Source: Dendrobates tinctorius
Lineage: Eukaryota
Length of the DNA stretch: 64,000 bases
NCBI RefSeq assembly: GCF_039654945.1
Contig: NW_027361813.1
Span: 1,488,001 to 1,552,000, forward strand
Direction of reading: 5' to 3'
Shown: one piece after another, positions 55,330-64,000 of the stretch
Layout of the letters: every line of letters begins with the position of its first letter
How positions within the stretch are numbered: position 1 is the first letter of the stretch
Notes under the pieces: model-generated
Database searches by the model: none
What the model saw: the letters and a program-made list of their open reading frames with translations, nothing else
Told to the model about the DNA's origin: nothing
Translations under genes and position numbers: made by a program

Positions 55330-58105
55330 CAGGGCTGTGGAGTCAGAGTCGTGGGGTCGGAGTTAGTTTTGGTTGGAGTCGGTAGAAATGTACCGACTCC
55401 AGCTTTAAAAAAAATGTATTATTTCATAATTGGACTTTCTTATGAATTTTATAAATGTTACTCAAATATATATGTTCTATCAAACTATGAACAACAGTGA
55501 TAAGCAGTTCTGCTGGAGATAGAGACATTTCTTACTTCTTGTGTGTCACTGTTCTCCACTGCCCTTATCTAATCTTATACTTGGTTAACCTCATGCTGCC
55601 CCAACCCCCCTACTTACAATTTATGAAACTGAAAGTGAAAATGTGTTGCAAATTCTTAGTAGTAAAGCTCCTCCTCTAGACTAGATCATACTAGGTGTGC
55701 GTCTTCCAAGCATCTCACAGCTGCCTGCTACTCAGAAGAGGAAGACTGTAAGAAGTATTATCCTTTCAACAAACTTTGCATCAGTTAACTGTGAGTACAT
55801 GAGGAATAATAACAGTATTACTGACCACTATATCAGTTGTACGACCTGGCAATAATTTTGTACAATTGTTTTTAGGAAAAACAATTGTCATTTGGATTGT
55901 GAATGCAGAATTAAAAACCTGAGAATGTCAAAGAAGCATCACATTAAATCAGCTGTATTTGAACATTTCACCATCACTCAAGATAGAAAACATTATGTCT
56001 GTCAGTGTATGACAAATGATCCAGACGAAAACAAATGCTGTGAAGCCAAGAGGAGTGCATATTCAGGCAAAGATAAAAATGCTCCTACCAGAGCTTCTAA
56101 TCTAAAGAGACATTTACAGCGCTTTCATCCAGAAGTACTGAAAGCAGTGGATGAGAAAGACTGCATCCAAACCAATGAACCCAGTGCCCAGCTCTTCCAG
56201 CCAAACAAAGGAGCAGAGAACTTTGCAGCCAACAGTTGCAAGATATTTTGTCAGTGACAAAGTTACTGTGACAATGACAGTAGATACATTTAAAAAACAG
56301 ATCATAGAGCTTGTTGTAAAGGATAGTGTGCCTATTTCATTATTTTCACGACCAGCTTTTATGTGTCTGAATGGGGAAATGGCCCGCAAGCTTGGTGTTT
56401 CTCTGGAGAGAGAGAGTATTAGAAAATTAGTTATCGAAGAAGCTTTTAAACAAAAGGAAGAACTTAAAAAAAACTCTCAAGGGACGCTTTCTGTTTCTTA
56501 AAATGGATGCCTGCACACGTCACAGAGTGAACTATTTTGCCATCAATGTCCGATTTGTTTGTGACAAAAATGAAATAGTTACCAAGACATTGGCAGTAAA
56601 AGATACCAAAGCTCATCACACCAGTGAGATTCTCCAGGTCTTGGTGGAAAAGGTTCTGCAAGACTATGAACTTAAAAAAGAGCAAGTTCTTTCTGTCGTA
56701 ACTGACAATGCTTCAAATATGATAAGTACTATTAAGCTAATGAATGAGAGTAATGATGGTGACCAGCAGCTAGAAGAACATTCTGGGTCCACAGACACAC
56801 AAATGTTTGAAATAGAGGAACACAGTATTGTAACTGAGGAGCAAACTGAAGTTGCTTCAGATGAACAGCAACATGATAGTTTAGATGATCTTGTTGAAAC
56901 TGTGTCAATATGTTCTTTCATTCATCACATGCGCTGTGTTGTGCATACGCTACAGCTGGCTATAAGAGACGGTCTGCAAGAAGGACATGCTGCTGCACTG
57001 ATTGGCAAGGTGAGAAAATTGGCTACTGTTGCCAGAACCCCTAAAGTTGACTCAATTTTGAAGAGACGTGCTGGAAAAGGGGCAATTATTGATCAAGCCA
57101 CACGATGGGGCAGTACTTACTTAATGATTCAGCGCTTGGTTGAACTGAAAACCTTTCTTGTAGACATGGCTAACCCTCAACTGACGCGAAATGAAAGTCA
57201 GTGGAATCAGGTGACTGAGCTGGAAAAATTGCTAGCGCACCCATTTACAGTGACTAAAAAATTACAAGCAGAGGACTTAACTCCAGGTATTTTCTTAAAG
57301 GAGTGGAAGAACCTGATGTTTCGCCTGTCCCAAAGAGGAGGGTTAATTACAAGTGGCATTGCTATATCAATGAAACGGAGAGAGGAGCTACTATTACAAA
57401 ATAACATTCTTTTGGCAGCTGTTTATGTAGACCCAATGCATCGGATTCTTCTAGATGATCAACAGCTAAGTAAAGGAAAAGAAGCTCTGTTTGAAATAGC
57501 AGTAAGGATGAAAGGGTTGCAGAACAGTCAGGAGGAACAAGAAGAATTTGGTCGTCCTGCCACATCTTCACCCTCATCATCAACTGATGAAGAATTTAAT
57601 TTCGAAAAATATTTGGATCACAAGGACCGTGCAAAGCGTTCCCGCATAGAAGAAGAGTCATCCCCATCAAGAAACACAGCCAGTACATTTCAGCAGAATT
57701 CTTCATGTGCACTAAAAGAAATTGAGAAATTTGACCATTCATCAAAAATAACAGTGCAACAAGCGATTCCTCTGTATCCTGACATTGTCAGAGATGTTGC
57801 CCGAGTGGTTACTGCTTTGCCACCAACACAAGTTACTGTAGAGAGGTTGTTCTCTGCCCTCAAAATAATTAGATCAGATTTGAGGGCATCCATGAAGGAG
57901 GATCTGACAGAGGCAATACTTGTTCTGAGGACAAATTTATAGATTTCTTCTTATTAACTGCATAAAAGTGTTTATTGCATATTTACTTACAGTTTAGAAA
58001 AGTTTATAAAAGTTATTTGCTATATTCTAATTGTATTCTAATAAATGTAGTTTTTGCTCTAAGTGGTCTGATTACTTATATGATGGTGAGAAACTGAATA
58101 AGCAC
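55330..58105 (+). mobile_element. hAT transposon (left TIR plus transposase); 3' end interrupted by CR1
   Basis: Starts CAGGGCTGTGGAGTC, the same TIR as the 35747 copy. No right TIR in the window. Confidence 0.92.
55925..57942 (+). pseudogene. hAT transposase with BED-type zinc finger, broken by two frameshifts (~56180 and ~56470)
   Basis: VFEHF..C..C..SNLKRHLQRFHP, VTDNASNM, CVVHTLQL, TRWGSTYLM and the dimerisation motif PTQVTVERLFS are spread over ORFs 55892, 56151 and 56503. Confidence 0.92.
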
Positions 58106-58112
58106 GATCATA

Positions 58113-59456
58113 CCGGGTGAGTCATAAAGGACGGACGTTTTTAAACTAATCATAAAATCGTTAAATATTTATTAAATATAAATGTATTCACAGATTTGGT
58201 TACGTATACTAATAGCATTTGACAAATTCAAGTGTGGAAAACAACATCTGCCATGTGGTGGCCATTATCAGTGATGCATTTCCAAAGGCGTTCTTGGAAG
58301 TTGGCATCAACACGTTCCAACACAACTCTGTCGATTTGGGCAACTTCCACTCGAATAGCTTCCTTCAGTTCTTGTAACGATCGAGGCTTAAGCTTGTATA
58401 CACGTGATTTGAGGTGACCCCATAAGTAATAATCGCACATGGACAGGTCTGGGGACCTAGGAGGCCAATTAATATCGCCAAACCTGGAAATGATGCGACC
58501 AGGGAAGAGAGGGCGAAGAACGTTCATTGTTGCTCCGGCTGTGTGGGCCGTTGCCCCATCTTGTTGAAACCACACACTAGAGATGGGGATATGTTGCCGT
58601 CGTAACTCAGGAACAAAGAAGTTATTTATCATGGCGATATAACGTTGTGAGTTCACGGTAACAGTATTGCCATTATCGCCTTCGAAAAAGTACGGACCAA
58701 TCACGCCATATTTGCCCATAGCGCACCACACCGTTACCTTAGGGCTGTGCAGCGGTCGTTCATGTAATTCTTTCGGATTTTCATAGGCCCAATAACGGCA
58801 GTTCTGCTGATTAACCATGCCATTGACATGGAAATGAGCTTCATCACTCATGAATAAAATAAGGTTGTCGTTTTGCTCAATAATTGCTTCCATCTCATGT
58901 GCGAACTTCAGTCGCGCTGCGTAATCCCCGCGCTCCAACTGTTGCACAATGGCCAATTTATAGGGGTGGAAATGCAGGTCTAAATGCAAAATACGCCTTA
59001 CTGTACGATTACTGAGGGCAAGTTCTAAAGAATGTTTCCGAGCAGATCGACTCGGACTACGCAGCATGGCTTGCCTGACGCGTTCCACATTTTCAGGGGT
59101 ACGTGCCGTTCGTGGAGCCCCCGGTGGTCGTTTGTTCATTAGTGTACCTCGTGTACGGAGTGCTTCAACCCAACGTAGGATAGTGTTACGAGCGGGAACA
59201 GCTTGATTTCTGTGAATATTGAAATGACGCCGAAACTCACGCTGAACGGCTGTGATACACTCATTATTCTTGACAAAACTGTCGTACGCAAAAACGCGAT
59301 GTTCTATCGTCCACGGCACCATAGCTTAAACTGAAACTAAAATAAAAACAATGCTTTCACCTCACAAACATAACCCCGCCTCCCGCACATCTCTACCTCC
59401 ACCTGGTGGTGAGTTATAGCCACTTCAAATACATCCGTCCTTTATGACTCACCCGG
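58113..59456 (-). mobile_element. Full-length DD41D (rosa/Visitor-type) Tc1/mariner transposon, TA TSD
   Basis: TA|CCGGGTGAGTCATAAAGGACGGA...TCCGTCCTTTATGACTCACCCGG|TA. Confidence 0.95.
58228..59322 (-). CDS. DD41D transposase, 364 aa, intact
   Basis: MSDEAHFH, WFQQDGATAH and WPPRSPDLSMCDYYLWG; 41 residues counted between the second and third Asp. Confidence 0.95.
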   Translation of the reverse strand: MVPWTIEHRVFAYDSFVKNNECITAVQREFRRHFNIHRNQAVPARNTILRWVEALRTRGTLMNKRPPGAPRTARTPENVERVRQAMLRSPSRSARKHSLELALSNRTVRRILHLDLHFHPYKLAIVQQLERGDYAARLKFAHEMEAIIEQNDNLILFMSDEAHFHVNGMVNQQNCRYWAYENPKELHERPLHSPKVTVWCAMGKYGVIGPYFFEGDNGNTVTVNSQRYIAMINNFFVPELRRQHIPISSVWFQQDGATAHTAGATMNVLRPLFPGRIISRFGDINWPPRSPDLSMCDYYLWGHLKSRVYKLKPRSLQELKEAIRVEVAQIDRVVLERVDANFQERLWKCITDNGHHMADVVFHT

Positions 59457-59540
59457 TAGAATCATAGAATCATAGAATCGTAGAGTTGGAAGGGACCTCC
59501 TGGGCCATCTGGTCCAACCCCCTGCTCAAAGCAGGATTCG

Positions 59541-62453
59541 CTAAATCATCCCAGACAGATATCTGTCCAGCCTCTGTTTGAAGACCTCCATTGAAGGAGA
59601 ACTCACCACTTCTCGTGGCAGCCTGTTCCACTCATTGATCACTCTAACTGTCAAAAAGTTTTTTCTAATATCTAATCTGTGTCTCCTCCCATTCAGCTTC
59701 ATCCCATTGCTTCTAGTCTTTCCTTGTGCAAATGAGAATAAAGTTGATCCTTCTACAATGTGACAGCCCTTTAGATATTTGTAGACAGCTATTAAGTCTC
59801 CTCTCAGTCTTCTCTTTTGCAAACTAAACATTCCCAAATCCTGCAACCTTTCCTCATAAGACAGGGTTTGCAGACCGGTCACCATTCTGGTCGCTCTTTT
59901 CTGAACTTGCTCCAGTTTGTTGATGTCTTTTTTAAAATGTGGTGCCCAAAATTGGACACAATATTCCAGATGAGGTCTGACCAAAGAGGAGTAGAGGGAA
60001 ATAATGACTTCACGTGATCTAGACTGTATGCTTCTGTTAATACATCCTAGAATTGCATTTGCCTTTTTTGCTGCTGCATCACACTGTTGACTCATATTTA
60101 GTCTGTGATCTATTAGTATACCCAAGTCTTTTTCACATGTGCTGTCACTTAGCCCTATTCCTCCCATTCTATATATGCTTTTTTCATTTTTATTGCCCAG
60201 ATGTAGTACTTTGCATTTCTCCCTGTTAAAAACCATTCTGTTAGTTGCTGCCCACTTCTCCAGTTTATTTAAATCTTTTTGAATCCTCTCTCTCTCTTCT
60301 CTAGTATTAGCTATCCCTCCTAGCTTTGTGTCATCAGCAAATTTAATCAGTTTACCCTCAATTCCTTCATCTAAATCGTTGATAAAGATGTTGAACAATA
60401 CAGGGCCCAGGACAGAGCCCTGTGGTACCCCACTTGAGACATTCTTCCAACTGGATGTGCAGCCATTTACGACCACTCTTTGGGTCCGATCACTAAGCCA
60501 GTTATGAATCCACCTAACAGTTGCCTTGTCCATTCCATACTTAGTCATTTTTTCAATAAGGATTGTATGAGAGACTTTGTCAAATGCTTTGCTGAAGTCA
60601 AGATATACTATATCTACAGCATTTCCTTGATCCACCCAATCAGTAATACCATCATAGAAGGAAATTAAGTTAGTCTGACATGACTTATTAGTTACAAACC
60701 CATGCTGACTCTGTTTAATCACTTCATTCTTATCCAGGTATTGACATACATGTTGTTTAATAATTTGTTCAAAGATCTTTCCTGGTATAGAAGTCAGACT
60801 CACCGGCCTATAGTTGCCTGGGTCCACCTTCTTCCCCTTTTTGAAGATAGGAACAACATTTGCTCTTCTCCAGTCTTCTGGCACTTCTCCTGTTCTCCAA
60901 GAATTTTCAAAGATTATGGAGAGGGGTTCAAAAATTTCTTCTGCTATCTCCTTCAGTACTCTGGGGTGTAATTCATCTGGACCTGGAGACTTGAATACAT
61001 TTAGGTTAGCTAAGTGTTTCCTCACTATCTTTCTGTTTATAGATATCCTGGATTCTTCTATTCCCTTAATAGGACAGTGAATAACAGTTGATGTTACATT
61101 TCCTTTCTGAGAGAAAACAGATGCAAAATAGGAATTTAAAAGTTCAGCCTTCTCAACATCCTGTCTTACCATTTCATCATTTTCATCCTGTAAAAATCCT
61201 ATAGCATCTTTGACTTTTCTTTTACTTTTGACATATCCCCAAAATCCTTTATTATTGCTTTTGACATCTCTTGCAAGCCTCAATTCATTTTCAGCTTTAG
61301 ATAATCTGATTTGTGCCTTGCAGGTTCTGCAGACAGCATTATATTCTTCTTTAGATATGCCTCCTTCTTTCCATTTTATAAACATTTTTTTCTTTTTTAG
61401 CATGTGCTTAAGTTCTGTGTTCATCCATCCTGGTTTCCTTAAATGCTTCCTATTCTTCCCTCTTTTCGGAATTGTTAACAACTGTGCTTTGAGAATTTCA
61501 TTTTTCAAGATTTCCCATCCTTCCTGGACATTTTTGTCTTTAAGGATATCCAGCCATTGGATCCCTCCAATTCTCTTTCTGAATCCCTTAAAATCTGCCT
61601 TTCTGAAATCTAACCTTGACGTCTGAGTCTTCACAGGTCTTCCACCTCTAGTTATCCAAAATTCTAAAATAGCATGGTCGCTACCTCCTAGGGTCCCAGC
61701 CACTTTTACCTCCTCAACCATTTCCTCCCTGTTTATAAGGATTAGATCCAAGGTAGCAGTTCCCCTTGTTTTCTCCTTTACCTTTTGGAAGATAAAGTTG
61801 TCAGCAAGAGAGGATAAGAATTTCCTTGACCTGTTAGTTTTGCCTGAGAGAGATTCCCAACAAATGTCTGGATAGTTGAAATCTCCCATGACAACTATGT
61901 CATATTTTTTGGAGAACTTGGCCATTTGATGCATAAAGAGTTCATCCATATCTTCAGCTTGCACAGGCGGCCTGTAGTAAATGCCTACAATGGTGTCCTT
62001 TCCATTGTTCTGTCCTTGTATTCTTACCCAAACAGTTTCCACAGAACTCCCAGTCTCTGAAGCTTCAATCTCTGTGCAGATATACGCGTTTCTAACATAC
62101 AATGCGACACCTCCTCCTCGTTTATCAAGTCTGTTTCTTGCAAATAAGTTGTATCCTTCTAGCCTTGTATTCCAATCATGTGTATTGTCCCACCAAGTTT
62201 CAGTGATTCCAATGACATCATATTTCTTTTCCTGTGTTAGTAGTTCCAGTTCTCCTTGTTTGTTGCCCATGCTTTGTGCATTAGTATAGAAACATTTTAG
62301 TTTGTGATTGGTTTCTCCTTCTCCAATATTTTTTTTAATTAGATTCTTTTGTCTTTGTTCTTCCTTTCCACTTCTAATAGCAGAGTTCTCAATAGCATTT
62401 GTCAGGTGTATGGCTTTTTCTGGTCTTTTGCTTCCCTTCCCATGTTGTTCTAG
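59541..62453 (-). CDS. CR1 ORF2: APE endonuclease plus reverse transcriptase (first ATG at 62270, frame open upstream to the ORF1 end)
   Basis: LKCFYTNAQS, ITETWW, MGDFNYP and GSDH (APE); YRPVSLTS, LDFSKAFD, GVPQGSVLGP and FADDTK (RT). No internal stops. Confidence 0.95.
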   Translation of the reverse strand, partial: LEQHGKGSKRPEKAIHLTNAIENSAIRSGKEEQRQKNLIKKNIGEGETNHKLKCFYTNAQSMGNKQGELELLTQEKKYDVIGITETWWDNTHDWNTRLEGYNLFARNRLDKRGGGVALYVRNAYICTEIEASETGSSVETVWVRIQGQNNGKDTIVGIYYRPPVQAEDMDELFMHQMAKFSKKYDIVVMGDFNYPDICWESLSGKTNRSRKFLSSLADNFIFQKVKEKTRGTATLDLILINREEMVEEVKVAGTLGGSDHAILEFWITRGGRPVKTQTSRLDFRKADFKGFRKRIGGIQWLDILKDKNVQEGWEILKNEILKAQLLTIPKRGKNRKHLRKPGWMNTELKHMLKKKKMFIKWKEGGISKEEYNAVCRTCKAQIRLSKAENELRLARDVKSNNKGFWGYVKSKRKVKDAIGFLQDENDEMVRQDVEKAELLNSYFASVFSQKGNVTSTVIHCPIKGIEESRISINRKIVRKHLANLNVFKSPGPDELHPRVLKEIAEEIFEPLSIIFENSWRTGEVPEDWRRANVVPIFKKGKKVDPGNYRPVSLTSIPGKIFEQIIKQHVCQYLDKNEVIKQSQHGFVTNKSCQTNLISFYDGITDWVDQGNAVDIVYLDFSKAFDKVSHTILIEKMTKYGMDKATVRWIHNWLSDRTQRVVVNGCTSSWKNVSSGVPQGSVLGPVLFNIFINDLDEGIEGKLIKFADDTKLGGIANTREERERIQKDLNKLEKWAATNRMVFNREKCKVLHLGNKNEKSIYRMGGIGLSDSTCEKDLGILIDHRLNMSQQCDAAAKKANAILGCINRSIQSRSREVIISLYSSLVRPHLEYCVQFWAPHFKKDINKLEQVQKRATRMVTGLQTLSYEERLQDLGMFSLQKRRLRGDLIAVYKYLKGCHIVEGSTLFSFAQGKTRSNGMKLNGRRHRLDIRKNFLTVRVINEWNRLPREVVSSPSMEVFKQRLDRYLSGMI

Positions 62454-63412
62454 TTTAAAGCTCTCCTTACAAGTGTAGCAAGGCGACTTCCAAATACCTG
62501 CTTTCCAGTCTTCGTAAGGTGCACCCCATCTCTAGCAAGTAGTCCATCGTATAAGTAGTTCACTCCGTGATCCAGAAATCCAAATCGTTGCTGACGGCAC
62601 CATCGACGTAGCCAGTTGTTCACCTGCAGAATCTTATTCCACCTCCTTGTTCCATGGCCATCCACTGGGAGGATGGAAGAGAAGACCACCTGCGCTCCCA
62701 GTTCTTTCACTTTCTTGCCTAAGTCTTCAAAGTCTCTGCAGATGGTTTCCAGGTTGTTTCTTGCGGTGTCATTTGTCCCCACATGTAGTAGCAGGAATGG
62801 GTAGTCATCTGTAGGTCTGAAGAGTCCTGATATCCTGTCAGACACATCTTTAATTTTTGCACCTGGAAGACAGCACATTTCTCTTGAAGTTATATCCGGT
62901 CTGCAGATAGCGGCCTCTGTTCCTCTCAACGGGGAATCCCCCATGACCACCACTCTCCGTTTCTTCTTCACAACATTTTTCTTTCTCCATCCAGGAGGAC
63001 TCTGAAGGCGTACAAGGTTGCTGTTTGTTGGCAAAGTCTTATCCTGATGTATTTCTTCATCGTTTTCCTGCGTGAGAGCCTGGTACTGGTTTCTGAGCAG
63101 TATGGGTGCTGACTGCCTCCTGATCCTCCTGCTTCTCTGGGTCACATGTCTCCATTCCTCTGTTTCTTCAGGTGCACTTCGAATTTCTTCTCTTTCTGTA
63201 ACATGAAGAGATAATTCTGCTCTGTCCAAGAACTCTTCACCTTCCTTAATGATCTTCAACGTAGCTAACCTCTCTTCGAGATTTTGCAACTTTTCCTCCA
63301 ACAGGGACACAAGCTTGCATTTGTGGCATGTGAAGTTTGTCTTTTCCACTGGTAAATCTGTGAACATGTAGCAAGAAATGCAGCTCACCAAATGGCTCCT
63401 GGCCTCTTCCAT
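62450..63412 (-). CDS. CR1 ORF1: zinc finger/leucine zipper plus SGNH esterase-like domain
   Basis: CxxC...CxxC followed by Leu heptads; MGDS, CCLPGA, HVGTND and DGVHL; ends RRALN-stop. Confidence 0.92.
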   Translation of the reverse strand: MEEARSHLVSCISCYMFTDLPVEKTNFTCHKCKLVSLLEEKLQNLEERLATLKIIKEGEEFLDRAELSLHVTEREEIRSAPEETEEWRHVTQRSRRIRRQSAPILLRNQYQALTQENDEEIHQDKTLPTNSNLVRLQSPPGWRKKNVVKKKRRVVVMGDSPLRGTEAAICRPDITSREMCCLPGAKIKDVSDRISGLFRPTDDYPFLLLHVGTNDTARNNLETICRDFEDLGKKVKELGAQVVFSSILPVDGHGTRRWNKILQVNNWLRRWCRQQRFGFLDHGVNYLYDGLLARDGVHLTKTGKQVFGSRLATLVRRALN

Positions 63413-63470
63413 CTTGAGATTTCTTAAAAAGATGAAAGATGAGCCAAAATTCGCGCGCCGAAAGGCGCGC

Positions 63471-64000
63471 GGTTTCTCCGATTTCCTCTTTTCAGCTGCA
63501 ACGGCCAAAACCCAGTGATCGTTGCGCTCACGGAGACTCTTCACTTATCCCAGAAGGCACTGGGAATATGCAAATGATCTCCTCAAGACTCTTCCCCTGG
63601 ATTCTCTGATTTCCTCTTTTCAGCTGCAACGGCCAAAACCCAGTGATCGTTGCGCTCACGGAGACTCTTCACTTATCCCAGAAGGCACTGGGAATATGCA
63701 AATGATCTCCTCAAGACTCTTCCCCTGGTTTCTCCGATTTCCTCTTTTCAGCTGCAACGGCCAAAACCCAGTGATCGTTGAGCTCGCGGAGACTCTTCAC
63801 TTATCCCAGAAGGCACTGGGAATATGCAAATGATCTCCTCAAGACTCTTCCCCTGGTTTCTCCGATTTCCTCTTTTCAGCTGCAACGGCCAAAACCCAGT
63901 GATCGTTGCGCTCACGGAGACTCTTCACTTATCCCAGAAGGCACTGGGAATATGCAAATGATCTCCTCAAGACTCTTCCCCTGGTTTCTCCGATTTCCTC
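63471..64000 (-). repeat. 128-bp tandem monomers in the CR1 5'UTR (at least 4 copies)
   Basis: ATTTCCTC recurs at 63481, 63609, 63737, 63865 and 63993. Each monomer contains ATGCAAAT. Confidence 0.96.

Larger units (their letters stand above)
59457..64000 (-). mobile_element. Near full-length CR1 LINE; its 5'UTR runs off the window
   Basis: Two ORFs and a short 3'UTR ending in (ATTCTATG)n octamer repeats at 59457-59485. Confidence 0.96.

Noticed and set aside
63471-64000. Self-cleaving ribozyme in the CR1 monomer
   Set aside because: CTGAAAAGAG...GAAA does not fit the CUGANGA core, and I could not build an HDV-like fold by eye. A covariance search would be needed.

Overview
Vertebrate nuclear DNA, most likely anuran (frog), inferred from its transposon repertoire. 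It is GC-rich, and roughly 40% is minisatellite, which suggests a subtelomere-like region. Two host genes can be read from the sequence. RUSF1/C16orf58 is on the + strand, with 14 coding exons at 20095-29149 (423 aa) and a probable non-coding first exon ending at 11059. HYLS1 is on the - strand, with a single coding exon at 50339-51199. Each has a CpG-rich promoter that looks bidirectional and is flanked on both sides by minisatellites. The rest is nested transposons: Tc1 DD34E (one near-intact, one relic), an intact DD41D element, two hAT copies, Chapaev3, a near-intact CR1 LINE, Gmr1-type and chromodomain Gypsy relics, a DIRS/Ngaro relic, MITEs and three short Penelope-like inserts. The most notable observations are: (i) many unrelated minisatellites amplified in place from local sequence (a transposase stop codon, an integrase CDS, an exon/intron junction); (ii) an array of duplicated splice sites in a RUSF1 intron; (iii) RT-less Penelope-like inserts with hammerhead-like cores and 13-15 bp target duplications; (iv) a U-UUA-AAC slippery site joining CR1 ORF1 to ORF2, plus a 128-bp monomer 5'UTR carrying octamer motifs. 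Most long ORFs in the supplied track are repeat artefacts. Family assignments rest on motifs recalled from memory, not on database searches.
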